This document shows, one piece after another, positions 28,988 to 38,444 of a stretch of 64,000 nucleotides of DNA. The stretch comes from Nanobdellota archaeon (GTDB lineage: Archaea > Nanobdellota > Nanobdellia > Woesearchaeales > UBA583). The notes beneath the pieces were generated by a model. That model searched no databases. It was not told where the DNA came from and saw nothing but the letters and a program-made list of their open reading frames with translations. Position 1 is the stretch's first letter. Each line of letters opens with the position of its first letter. The translations under genes and the position numbers were made by a program. Location: positions 11,680 through 75,679 of the forward strand of contig JAIUMM010000001.1 of NCBI GenBank assembly GCA_022565615.1, read 5' to 3'.

Positions 28988-29168
28988 TATTTCTTAGTTC
29001 CTCTTAAAATAGCAATCCTAACAACAATTAAAAATTCTTGTTTCAAGTAACAACAATTAAAAATTCTTGGAAGGTTAAAATCTTACTTTTGACCTCTTAA
29101 GATTTTAATTCTAACAAAAATAAAATATTTTTGAAAAATTGCTATTTCTTAGTTCCTCTTAAAATAGC
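28988..29168. repeat. repeat cluster: the 26-nt duplication of the htpX 3' end (TATTTCTTAGTTCCTCTTAAAATAGC) brackets two 20-nt direct repeats and a 9-bp palindrome
   Basis: Copy at 28988-29013 is intergenic; copy at 29143-29168 is the htpX stop plus its last 8 codons. ACAACAATTAAAAATTCTTG repeats at 29021-29040 and 29051-29070. AAAATCTTA-n12-TAAGATTTT lies at 29077-29106. A related CCTCTTAAGATTTTAATTCTAACAA sequence lies at 29088-29112. Confidence 0.5.
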
Positions 29169-30095
29169 TATTCTCTCTTCAATTGGAGGGTGAGTTGAAA
29201 ATAATTTACTCAAACCTCCTTTTTTCTTTCTAAATGGATTTGAAATAAACAAATGTGCTGTTGCATTATTTGCTCTCTCAATCATTGGATCAGGATCTCC
29301 TTTAATTTTTTCAAGAGCTGAAGCTAGTCCTTCAGGGTAACGTGTAAGTTCAGCACCTGTTGCATCTGCTAAATATTCTCTTTGTCTTGAAATTGCAAGT
29401 TTAATAAGTTGAGCTACAATTGGAGCTGTAATAATTAATATAAAATAAAATATAAATACAATAATCATAATTCTCCCATCTTTATTTCCTCCTCCACCTC
29501 CTCCTCCATGTCCTCCAAAGATAAACATTCTAAACAAAAAATCAGCAATAAATACTGTTGCACCAACAAGACCTGCAGCAAGTAGCATAATTCTAATATC
29601 ATAATTTTTAATATGTGCAATTTCATGAGCAATAACTCCCTCTAATTCTTGCCTATTTAATTTTTTAATTAATCCAGTTGTTACAACCACATATGATTTT
29701 TCAGGAGAAAAACCTGTTGCATATGCATTAAGTGATGGGTCTTCAATAATATAACACTTAGGAGGAGTCCTTAAACCAGCTGCAATTGAGAGAGCTTCAG
29801 TTGAGTGATACAAATGAGGATAATGTTCTCTTGAAGCTTCTTTTGCACCAGTTGATGAGAGAATCATATTTGAACCTATCCCCATAAAAATTAAAATATA
29901 GATTAAAGATACAAATACTGCAACACCAACTGAGATAAGAATTGAACCAATATTAAAAATTTCACCAGTATAACTCATAGATAAAATAGTTCCAGCAGCT
30001 GCTCCTAATAAAGCTACAAAAATAAAAAACATACCTATAATAAAAACAGATTTAATCCTATTTTTTCTAATTTCTTCATGAATATTTAATGACAC
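29142..30095 (-). CDS. htpX: HtpX-like M48 zinc metalloprotease
   Basis: HEIAHIKNYD (HExxH) lies within an HtpX-like TM topology. There is a Gly-rich insert GGHGGGGGGGN. It sits directly downstream of lemA. Confidence 0.8.
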   Translation of the reverse strand: MSLNIHEEIRKNRIKSVFIIGMFFIFVALLGAAAGTILSMSYTGEIFNIGSILISVGVAVFVSLIYILIFMGIGSNMILSSTGAKEASREHYPHLYHSTEALSIAAGLRTPPKCYIIEDPSLNAYATGFSPEKSYVVVTTGLIKKLNRQELEGVIAHEIAHIKNYDIRIMLLAAGLVGATVFIADFLFRMFIFGGHGGGGGGGNKDGRIMIIVFIFYFILIITAPIVAQLIKLAISRQREYLADATGAELTRYPEGLASALEKIKGDPDPMIERANNATAHLFISNPFRKKKGGLSKLFSTHPPIEERIAILRGTKK

Positions 30096-30185
30096 TTTTT
30101 ATCTTAGTTGTAAAATTTATAAAAATTAAATCTAATTTATTTTTTTTTAATAAATTGATATTTTTTTAAGTAAAAGCAAAGTTGA

Positions 30186-30746
30186 TTAAAATTCAACTTT
30201 TGGAACAGCTTTTTCTTCCTCTGGAATTTCATATAATTCCTTAGGTCCAAAGTTAAAAATACCAGCAATTAAATTTGCAGGAAATGATTCTCTTTTAGTA
30301 TTATACTGCATTACTCTATCATTAAAATATTGTCTTGAAGCTGCAACTTTATTTTCAGTCCCACTTAACTCTTCTTGAAGTTGTAAAAAATTACTATTTG
30401 CTTTTAAATCTGGATAACTCTCAGCTACTGCAAATAATGATTTCAAAGCTCCAGCTAGCATATTATCAGCTTGTGCAACATCTCCTGTTGTACCTGCTTT
30501 TTGAGCACTCATCATTTGAGTTCTTGCATTTGTTACACTCTCAAGAGTTTCTCTTTCATGTTTTGCATATCCTTTAACTGTATTAATTAAATTTGGAATT
30601 AAATCATTTCTTCTCTTTAACTGTACATCAATTTGTGCCCAAGAGTTTTGAACTTGGTTTCTTAATCTTACAAATGCGTTATATGATAAAATTAACCATA
30701 ATAACACAATTACCACTATTGCTATTGTTATCCACATTCCTACCAT
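30186..30746 (-). CDS. lemA: LemA-family protein
   Basis: An N-terminal TM helix followed by the LemA core AFVRLRNQVQNSWAQIDVQLKRRNDLIPNL. The canonical LemA-HtpX gene pair. Confidence 0.8.
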   Translation of the reverse strand: MVGMWITIAIVVIVLLWLILSYNAFVRLRNQVQNSWAQIDVQLKRRNDLIPNLINTVKGYAKHERETLESVTNARTQMMSAQKAGTTGDVAQADNMLAGALKSLFAVAESYPDLKANSNFLQLQEELSGTENKVAASRQYFNDRVMQYNTKRESFPANLIAGIFNFGPKELYEIPEEEKAVPKVEF

Positions 30747-30806
30747 TTTAATTATTCTAATATCTTAGTATTTATAAATATACTTTTACACTTAAATGTT
30801 GATATT

Positions 30807-31211
30807 TTAATCATCAAGATATTCTTCTCCAAGTAATTCAGGAGTCTCATACAATTTATATTCAACAAGTTCTTTATGTTCACAAGCTACAAGCCTAAAT
30901 CCAAGACCTGCTTTAATAATTCCTCCAAGAACAATCATATGTTCATATCCATTTCCAGATACTAAATTAAGAGCAACTTCTAAATCTTGAACTTCTTTTC
31001 TTAAAATTGTTGCTATTTTATCAATAAATTCTTGTGGTTTTTTTTCATCAATTTGAAGTTTTAGTACTTCACTATCTTTTACATTAAATTCTTTGTATGC
31101 AAAATCATTACAAAATAAAATAATTTTATCCCATTTCTCAACTTGAAGTAATGAATTAACATGTCCCCATGTTCCTTTTCCTGAACTTAGTAGTGCAATT
31201 AGCGTTGCCAT
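30807..31211 (-). CDS. hypothetical protein, first gene of the 134aa-lemA-htpX co-directional unit
   Basis: ORF with coding-like composition. It has a P-loop-like SSGKGTWG segment but no confident family assignment. Confidence 0.4.
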   Translation of the reverse strand: MATLIALLSSGKGTWGHVNSLLQVEKWDKIILFCNDFAYKEFNVKDSEVLKLQIDEKKPQEFIDKIATILRKEVQDLEVALNLVSGNGYEHMIVLGGIIKAGLGFRLVACEHKELVEYKLYETPELLGEEYLDD

Positions 31212-31329
31212 AATGATTAAATTAACATTAATTGAGTTTATAAAACTATTTCTTGATATGAGTAGACAAATTAATGAGTTATAGAATTATTAATTACAAA
31301 ATGAATAAATATTAAACTTGTGATTGCTT

Positions 31330-32019
31330 TTAACTATCTTCAAGTTTTTCAATTCTTGATGAAATAGTATTAATATGATTATCTCTTCCACTTGCTCTTC
31401 TATATAAGGAGTACCTAATTGGATTTTTTTTATAATAATCTTGATGATAATTCTCAGCTATAAAAAAGTTAACTAATTCTTCAACGCTTGTAATAATTGG
31501 TTTAGTATAGATTTGTGATTCTTCAAAAAAAGAAATAACATTAAGTGCTTCATTTTTTTCATTTAAATTTTTGAAATAAATTGCACTTGAATATTGAAAC
31601 CCTCTATCATAAAAACTCCCCCCTTCATCAGTTGGATCATGATGTCTTAAAAAATAATCAACTAATTCTGTGTAGGATATAATTGAGGAATTATAAATAA
31701 CTAACACACTTTCTCTAAATTGAGTTTTTCCAGATGCTACTTGTTCATATGTTGGTTGAATATCATTAGAATTATTAGAAGTATATCCAGAAATTACTTC
31801 AACTACACCCTCTATTTTTTCAAAATCTTTTTCAACACACCAAAAGCAACCTCCACTAAATACAGCAGTTGAAAGTTCACCACTAATATTAAATTCTTTT
31901 TTAATATTATCAAATAAAATATTATTCTCACTATTTTTAGAATTTGATTTAGTTGAACTACAACCTTGAATAAATAAACTTATAGTTAACAAAACAACTA
32001 GAATTGTAATTTTTCTCAT
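31330..32019 (-). CDS. msrA: peptide methionine-S-sulfoxide reductase MsrA, lipoprotein-type signal
   Basis: GGCFWCVE active-site motif. N-terminal LLTISLFIQGCSS lipobox-like signal. Confidence 0.85.
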   Translation of the reverse strand: MRKITILVVLLTISLFIQGCSSTKSNSKNSENNILFDNIKKEFNISGELSTAVFSGGCFWCVEKDFEKIEGVVEVISGYTSNNSNDIQPTYEQVASGKTQFRESVLVIYNSSIISYTELVDYFLRHHDPTDEGGSFYDRGFQYSSAIYFKNLNEKNEALNVISFFEESQIYTKPIITSVEELVNFFIAENYHQDYYKKNPIRYSLYRRASGRDNHINTISSRIEKLEDS

Positions 32020-32129
32020 AATTTGAAAGATATAATATATTATTTAAATTTATTTACTTATTGAAGAATGTATTATTACATTAAGTTTGGATTAGAAATG
32101 TTTATCTATTTGAATATACTTAGAATTTT

Positions 32130-32738
32130 ATGAATAACAAAACAAAAATAAATAAACATGTAATCTTAATAACTAAAATAACTATTATAGGAATTGTATT
32201 CATAATGTTTTTAATATTTGGATTATTTAATATGTTTTCAACAAAAAATTCTAAAAATGAACTATATTTAGAGTATGAAATACATAACATAACACAAGGA
32301 GAAGCAATTGAGTTAATTAATTCCACTCCACTTAATAAGCGTAAAGATATACCTAAACAAATTTGGCTTAAAAGTGAAATATTAGATGAGCTGAGTTATC
32401 ATGTATTGTGGAGAAGTAAAACTGAGCGTGCTTTTACAAGTGAATTAAATGATGAACATAGAGAAGGTGTGTTTGTAACAAAAGGATGTGGAATTGAAGT
32501 TTTTTCAAGTGAAGATAAATTTGAGAGTGGAACAGGTTGGCCAAGTTTTACTGATGTAATTAATAATGAAAATATTATACTCAAAGAGGATAGAAGTTTT
32601 GGTATGAAAAGGGTAGAAGTACTCTCAAAGTGTGGAGAACATTTAGGCCATGTATTTGATGATGGACCATTTGAAAAAGGAGGAAAGAGATGGTGTATTA
32701 ATGGAGCAGCTTTAAAATTTGTTCCTAAAAATAGTTAA
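32130..32738 (+). CDS. msrB: peptide methionine-R-sulfoxide reductase MsrB with an N-terminal TM anchor
   Basis: CGEHLGHVFDDGP ... RWCINGAAL (SelR motifs), with CGIEVF...GWPSF upstream. Divergent from msrA. Confidence 0.85.
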   Translation: MNNKTKINKHVILITKITIIGIVFIMFLIFGLFNMFSTKNSKNELYLEYEIHNITQGEAIELINSTPLNKRKDIPKQIWLKSEILDELSYHVLWRSKTERAFTSELNDEHREGVFVTKGCGIEVFSSEDKFESGTGWPSFTDVINNENIILKEDRSFGMKRVEVLSKCGEHLGHVFDDGPFEKGGKRWCINGAALKFVPKNS

Positions 32739-32871
32739 ATATCATTTCAGACAAATTATTATTTATTTAATATTAATAGTAGAAATTTTGAAAATTTTGT
32801 TTAAATTTACTATAATAATGAACTATTACTTTTATACAAATTTTTATTAATGTCAAAGGAGTTTAATAAAT

Positions 32872-33465
32872 ATGATTATTTATTTAGTAAGACATGGGCA
32901 AAGTGTTGCAAATGCTCAAAAAAGATCAGCAGGTTATTTAGATACACCTCTTACACAAGAAGGAGTTGAGCAAGCACAAAGATTAGGGTTAAGATTTAAA
33001 GATATTAATGATTTTGAAGTTATTTATACCTCAGATTTACAACGAGCATATAATACTGCAAAAGAAATTCACAAATTTCACAAAGAGAAAAAATTTGAAG
33101 TTGATACAAATATTCGTGAAAAAAATTTTGGAGAACTTGAAAATATTTCTTTTGATACAGCTCAATTAAAATATGAAGGTTCACCAATTCATTGGGATGT
33201 TAAAGGGGGAGAGAGTTTTGAAACTCATTTAAAACGAGTTGAAGAATTTGTAATAAAAATACTTGAAAAAAAAGAAAATTGTGTAATTGTAAATCATGGT
33301 TTAACAATCAAAATGCTCTTATATCTTCTTAAAGGATATAAAACAGAAGAAGAATTATTTAAAATTAAATCAGGAAATACTGCTGTATATAAATTAGAAT
33401 TAAAAGAAAAAGAAGTAAAAATTCATCTCCATAATTGTATAGAACATTTAAGAGAAGGACAATAG
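32872..33465 (+). CDS. histidine phosphatase family protein (phosphoglycerate mutase-like)
   Basis: The N-terminal IYLVRHGQSVAN and YLDTPLTQEG (RHG motif and catalytic-core pattern) are typical of the family. Confidence 0.75.
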   Translation: MIIYLVRHGQSVANAQKRSAGYLDTPLTQEGVEQAQRLGLRFKDINDFEVIYTSDLQRAYNTAKEIHKFHKEKKFEVDTNIREKNFGELENISFDTAQLKYEGSPIHWDVKGGESFETHLKRVEEFVIKILEKKENCVIVNHGLTIKMLLYLLKGYKTEEELFKIKSGNTAVYKLELKEKEVKIHLHNCIEHLREGQ

Positions 33466-33469
33466 TAAT

Positions 33470-34018
33470 TTAATTCGTTTTTTGAATTAATCTTTGAGTT
33501 TCTTCCAATTTTGTTTCAACTTCTAATACTTTCTCTTTAAATTCTTCATAAATTGTGAAAAATTCCTTATCACTTACTTTTCCTTGTGCATTCATTGAAT
33601 GTTTTAATGTAGGTTTTATAAAATTCATCTCCATATAAATATTTGAGAGTTGTGATTTGGAAGAATCATTTAAGTTTTCTTTTTCTTCTTTACTCATTGT
33701 CTTTGGAAATACTTGTTCAAATTCAATTTTACAATGAGCAAATACATTTCTATATCTATTAATATCTTCAAGTAATTTGATAGTCTCTTTTGTGAACTCA
33801 TACTCAATTTCTTCAAAAATTTGTTTTAAAAGTTTAATTTTAGAATTAAAATTAATAATTGAAGTATTTAAAAATTGAGTTCTAAAAAATTCTTCTTTTT
33901 CTCTTGAAATCTCAAAATAATTTGTGAGAATTGAATTTACTTTCTCTTCAATAATATTAAAATTAAAGATAACTTTTCCAATAGTGTTTGTAACTTCTCC
34001 CCTAATTTTTGAAATCAT
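33470..34018 (-). CDS. hypothetical protein with a candidate HEPN (Rx4H) motif, Abi2/AbiD-like
   Basis: INRYRNVFAHCK contains R-N-x-x-x-H, the canonical HEPN RNase signature, in a predicted helical protein. It is the last gene of the MCM co-directional cluster. Confidence 0.3.
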   Translation of the reverse strand: MISKIRGEVTNTIGKVIFNFNIIEEKVNSILTNYFEISREKEEFFRTQFLNTSIINFNSKIKLLKQIFEEIEYEFTKETIKLLEDINRYRNVFAHCKIEFEQVFPKTMSKEEKENLNDSSKSQLSNIYMEMNFIKPTLKHSMNAQGKVSDKEFFTIYEEFKEKVLEVETKLEETQRLIQKTN

Positions 34019-34077
34019 ACAAGTAAATAAAATTTATACTTTTATGTAGTTTTGTATTAATAGAAGATTATTAAAAT

Positions 34078-34683
34078 TTATTTATTAGGAAAGTTAGGAA
34101 AAAGAACTGATACAACTCCTCTTCTTCTAAAAGGACTTTGAGTTAAATCTGGTTTTTCAATTTCATCATTCCAAGAATCTAAACAAGTAACAGGTTCATA
34201 TTCAATTATAGGATTTGGAGTTGAAGAATTTAGAGAAAAATAAAAATTATGAAGAAGAGGATTTACTGATGTTCGAGGTTCAAATGTTAAAAAAGGAGTG
34301 AAATTTTTATATTTTTCTTCAAACCCTAAATTTCTACTGACACTATGGAATTTAGGAGAGTTATGTGAAGTGTGAACTATAATTCCATTTCCACTTTCTC
34401 TTCCAAATCTTAATACCGATTCTCTTGATACGATAAAAGGAGATGTAGGATCATAAGTCAATACAACTTTTGCTTTTGAACGTTCTTGTAATTTTCTCTC
34501 TAAATCTTCAATATTAAGCACTTGTTTAACAATACTACCAATATTTGAAATACTTTGAGATGTTAGATTTTCAATAGTCTCAAAATCAGTATACTTAAAT
34601 CTTCCAAAAATCCCTAAATGTTGAAAACTTAATTCTTCAATACTTTTGTGTATTTCTTCTTGTAATTTCTTAAACTCACTCAT
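34078..34683 (-). CDS. hypothetical protein
   Basis: 201-aa ORF in the co-directional cluster downstream of mcm. No motif recognised. Confidence 0.4.
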   Translation of the reverse strand: MSEFKKLQEEIHKSIEELSFQHLGIFGRFKYTDFETIENLTSQSISNIGSIVKQVLNIEDLERKLQERSKAKVVLTYDPTSPFIVSRESVLRFGRESGNGIIVHTSHNSPKFHSVSRNLGFEEKYKNFTPFLTFEPRTSVNPLLHNFYFSLNSSTPNPIIEYEPVTCLDSWNDEIEKPDLTQSPFRRRGVVSVLFPNFPNK

Positions 34684-34760
34684 ATATTATTATATATTTT
34701 AATAACTTTAAAAATATTGTCTAAATATAATACACAAAATATTTTTTTTAAATTCATTGT

Positions 34761-35549
34761 TTAGCCAAAAGCCTCATATTTTTTAAGTCCAATTTTCCAC
34801 ATTATGTATGTGGCTAAATTAAACACTATGCTAAGAACTATTGCTATGAGAATTGAGAATAAAAAATAATCTAAGGAAATTCTTCCAAAATAATAAAAAG
34901 TGGATACTCCAAATAAAATCAAAGGAAATAAAAATAGAAAAAAACGATATGTAAATTGCTCAAATATTGTAGGAGGAAATCCTGCTAAAGTTAAATTTAA
35001 TCCTCCAATTTGATTTCCTTTTACATTTATCTTAAAAAATCCAAAACTCTCAGCACCATAAATAATTGAAATTAGTAAATATCCATAACATAAAATTGAG
35101 AAAAGTGCAACAAAGAGAAATTTGAAAATATCTTCTCCAATAACTAAAACAAATAAAAAAAGAACTACAAAGTAAAGTATTGATATAATAAGCCACCGAG
35201 CTTTAAATTCTCTAAATGTATATAGTATAAATATATTTACAGGCCTAGTCAATAATAAATTAAAATCTCCTTTGGTAACCATATTAAATACTTTATATTT
35301 TCCTTTTTGAAGTGCCCAAAAAAAATCAAGTCCAGTTTGTTTGATAAGAATAAAAAAAATAATTTCATTGATACTCATAGAAAAAGATTCAGTTAATTCA
35401 ATAAATATTAAAAATATGAATATTGAGAGAAACGTATCTGTAATTGCTGCAATTAAAGAAGAGTACAAATTAGCCTTATATTCAAATGCTTGTTTAAATC
35501 CTATTATAATATTTTCTTTAATAATTTGAAAATTTTTATATAAATTCAT
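34761..35549 (-). CDS. polytopic membrane protein (ABC-2-type permease-like)
   Basis: Six predicted TM helices. It starts 24 nt downstream of mcm. Confidence 0.4.
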   Translation of the reverse strand: MNLYKNFQIIKENIIIGFKQAFEYKANLYSSLIAAITDTFLSIFIFLIFIELTESFSMSINEIIFFILIKQTGLDFFWALQKGKYKVFNMVTKGDFNLLLTRPVNIFILYTFREFKARWLIISILYFVVLFLFVLVIGEDIFKFLFVALFSILCYGYLLISIIYGAESFGFFKINVKGNQIGGLNLTLAGFPPTIFEQFTYRFFLFLFPLILFGVSTFYYFGRISLDYFLFSILIAIVLSIVFNLATYIMWKIGLKKYEAFG

Positions 35550-35573
35550 TGTTTAATCCATAAGTTCAATTTA

Positions 35574-37658
35574 TTATAATTTTTTAAATAAATTTTTACG
35601 AGGCTCAAATATTAATCCTTCTGCTTTTAATTTAGTAATAATTTTATCAACTTCTGCTTTAGAGATTCCTTTTTTATCAGCACTCTCAACAATAGCATCG
35701 TACGTTATTTCAGGAGTCTCTTGTTCAAGTGTATCAATAATTTGAACAATTTGTCTATATACATTTCTACTTGAAGTGGTCACTCCAGTTGTAATTCTAT
35801 CAATGTCCATCTCTCCAGTTTTAGGGTCAATTCCAATTTTCTCAAGACAATACATTAATAATTCAATAGCCTCTTGAGCGTATTGTTCAGTTACTTTATC
35901 ATGAAGTCTTACTTTAGCAAACGCTTGTCCAAGTCTTACAATAGCTTCAAGTTGTCTTGCAGTAATTGGAACTGATTTCATTCTCCCTTCTTCAGCTCCA
36001 GTCCCAGCATTTCTAATATTTACATAGAAATCTTTAATTTTAACAATTGCTTCTTGAGTTAGTTGAGGATTTAGTTTTCTTGCTTGAGCAATATATTTTT
36101 TCATAAATTCACTTGAGAGTTCAGTTTTAGTCAGAGATTTATCTTTATGAGCTTGCAGAATGTGATTTGCTATTAAATCATCTTTTTTTCTATCTGCTTC
36201 ATCTTGAAGTATAAAAATTAAATCAAATCTACTTAGAAGTGCAGGTGGAAAATTAATTTGTTTAGTAATATCTCCATAGGGGTCAAATCTTCCAAGTTTT
36301 GGATTTGCAGCACCTAGTACTGTAGTCTCACACCTAAGAGTTGCACGAATATTTGCTTTTGCAATTGAAATAGTTTGCTGTTCAAGAGCTTCGTGCATGG
36401 CTGATGTATCCTCATCACTCATTTTATCTAATTCATCAATAGCACAAAGACCACCTGATGCTAAAACCATGGCACCTGCTTCAAGAGCCCACCCTTTTGT
36501 GAGTTCATCTTTTAAAACGGTTGCTGTAAGTCCTGCTGCTGATGCTGATTTTCCTGAAACAAAACTCGCTTTTGGAGCAATACGAGTTGCAGCTTTTAAC
36601 ATTTGTGATTTAGCAGCTCCAGGGTCACCAATGAGCAAAATATGAATATCTCCTCTTGTTTTAACTCCATCTGATTTTAAATTTATACTTCCTCCAAATT
36701 GTTGAAGTAAAATTGCCTCTTTGATTTTTTCAGCTCCATAAATTGAAGGTGCGAAATTACGAGTTAAAATTTCACGAATATTTTCTTTTTTTGAGAGTTC
36801 TTGAATTTGTTCAAGTTCTTCAGGTGAAATATTAATTTCACTATAATCTTCATCTACTAAATCAATATATAGTCCATCAATTACTAATTCAAAATTAACA
36901 CTCTCTCCTCCTGTACGTGTTGGAATTGGTATTTCTTTTACAAATCCAACTACATATACTTTTGAACCAGGATTTGATTTTGAATCTTTAAATGGGGACA
37001 CTAAATCCTCTTTTAATAATACATTTAAACGTTTAGGTTGATCAGCTGAATTTTCTAATTGCTCTGGTAACTCTTCAAGTACTAAACTTTGTGAGTCTAC
37101 TAATTCTTTATGAACTAAATCAACTGGACTTTTACATTTAGGACATGCTTTTAGAATTCTTGCTTTATCTTCAAGTTGAGGAATTTTTAATTTTTCTTCA
37201 CAAAATGGACATGAAGGATTTGTACATAAATACTCAATATGTAAAAGCCTTGGTCTTACATCTGTTTTTCTTCTCACAATTCCTTCAACTTTTACAAGTT
37301 TTCCAATATGCTCTGCTCTAATATCACGAATAAGAACTCTTTCATTATCAGGGAGAGAAGTGAGCCAAATATGAGGTGCTTTTGGGATTTGAAGCATATC
37401 TTTTAAACTAATTTCAAAAATTGAGATAATGTCTTTAGGGTATTCAAGTAAATATTCAGCAAGTTCAATATCAAACTCTAATACTTCAAAAAAATCTATT
37501 TTTAAAAATTGAAAGCCTTTTCTCTTCATTTCTTGAATTTCTTCTGTTTTATATTCGTCAAAAAATTCAGTTGCTTTAATTATCATCTCTCTAGTATTAA
37601 AGTCTTGTTTTAAAGGAGTCGAATTAAATTGAAAAGTATTATTATCGTCTTCACTCAT
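35574..37658 (-). CDS. mcm: MCM replicative helicase
   Basis: Zn-finger CTNPSCPF...CPKC, Walker A GDPGAAKSQ, Walker B/arginine-finger region CAIDELDKM ... SRFDLIF. 694 aa with no intein. Confidence 0.9.
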   Translation of the reverse strand: MSEDDNNTFQFNSTPLKQDFNTREMIIKATEFFDEYKTEEIQEMKRKGFQFLKIDFFEVLEFDIELAEYLLEYPKDIISIFEISLKDMLQIPKAPHIWLTSLPDNERVLIRDIRAEHIGKLVKVEGIVRRKTDVRPRLLHIEYLCTNPSCPFCEEKLKIPQLEDKARILKACPKCKSPVDLVHKELVDSQSLVLEELPEQLENSADQPKRLNVLLKEDLVSPFKDSKSNPGSKVYVVGFVKEIPIPTRTGGESVNFELVIDGLYIDLVDEDYSEINISPEELEQIQELSKKENIREILTRNFAPSIYGAEKIKEAILLQQFGGSINLKSDGVKTRGDIHILLIGDPGAAKSQMLKAATRIAPKASFVSGKSASAAGLTATVLKDELTKGWALEAGAMVLASGGLCAIDELDKMSDEDTSAMHEALEQQTISIAKANIRATLRCETTVLGAANPKLGRFDPYGDITKQINFPPALLSRFDLIFILQDEADRKKDDLIANHILQAHKDKSLTKTELSSEFMKKYIAQARKLNPQLTQEAIVKIKDFYVNIRNAGTGAEEGRMKSVPITARQLEAIVRLGQAFAKVRLHDKVTEQYAQEAIELLMYCLEKIGIDPKTGEMDIDRITTGVTTSSRNVYRQIVQIIDTLEQETPEITYDAIVESADKKGISKAEVDKIITKLKAEGLIFEPRKNLFKKL

Positions 37659-37754
37659 TTCTATATAATTTAGATAGTTTGTTATTTAAAAATATACCTC
37701 TTTTCAAGAGTAGAATTTTAAGGATTGGATATTCATATAAAATTTAGATACATA

Positions 37755-38096
37755 TTAATTTGATTTTGAAATAAGTTCTAATATTTTTTTACAAACATCA
37801 TTATAAATTTGATTATTTATCTTACAAATAATTTTTTGTATATCGTTCTTATCTCCAGTAAAGAGCATATTACATCTAATAAAACTATCAATAGATAATG
37901 TTCCATTTAATGTTTCATCTTTTTTAAGAGGTATTGAATAGTTATCACTTCTAATTTTTTGAGATGTTATTTGACAAAGTAAAACATCCTGATTCATTTC
38001 ATTAGATAGAACTAAGCAGGGTCTTAATTTTTGACCTTTTAAATCTGTAAAAGGAAATAGATACAATACTATATCCCCTTTTGCAAGTGTTCCCAT
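37755..38096 (-). CDS. mazF: MazF/PemK-family toxin (type II TA endoribonuclease)
   Basis: MGTLAKGDIVLYLFPFTDLKGQKLRPCLVLS matches the PemK/MazF N-terminal core. The internal ATG at 38096 has a purine-rich SD-like stretch upstream; the ORF track's TTG at 38123 is the alternative start. Confidence 0.6.
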   Translation of the reverse strand: MGTLAKGDIVLYLFPFTDLKGQKLRPCLVLSNEMNQDVLLCQITSQKIRSDNYSIPLKKDETLNGTLSIDSFIRCNMLFTGDKNDIQKIICKINNQIYNDVCKKILELISKSN

Positions 38097-38314
38097 GCTT
38101 CTTCTTCCTCTTGTAATAACCAATTTCTAGCAAGAGCTTTCTCACTAGCCAAATATGTTCTTTTTCCAGATATTTTTTCATCATTTTCAAATAATTTTTC
38201 TCTAATAGTTTCTCTGATAAAATCTTGTAAATTATCATATCCAAACATTTCAGAGTAATTTTTTGCAGCATCAAACATTTTATTTGAAAGTTTTAAACTA
38301 ATTTGAGTACTCAT
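38069..38314 (-). CDS. putative antitoxin (MazE/RHH-like) upstream of mazF
   Basis: 81-aa ORF overlapping the toxin start by about 28 nt in another frame. N-terminal TQISLKLSNKMFDAAK pattern and an acidic C-terminus. Confidence 0.45.
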   Translation of the reverse strand: MSTQISLKLSNKMFDAAKNYSEMFGYDNLQDFIRETIREKLFENDEKISGKRTYLASEKALARNWLLQEEEEAWEHLQKGI

Positions 38315-38444
38315 ATATATTAAATAGTACTTTTTAGTATTTAAAATTTATTATTTTTATGTAGACTAAATAAAATTTAGAAATTAATTTTTCTATCTAT
38401 TTGAGCAGATATATTTAAAAAGGTTTTTTTCAAATAGTATTTAT

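Noticed and set aside
36397-36645. Plus-strand 82-aa ORF antisense to mcm. Similar antisense ORFs lie within cbf5 (58299..58487, 58560..58760, 59037..59267), aCPSF1 (20657..20863), the LamG gene (22624..24861), argS (26508..26705), trxB (44199..44399), the SNF2 gene (47064..47258) and the Shedu-like gene (59792..60043)
   Set aside because: They lie entirely within well-supported genes on the other strand, so they are spurious shadow ORFs.
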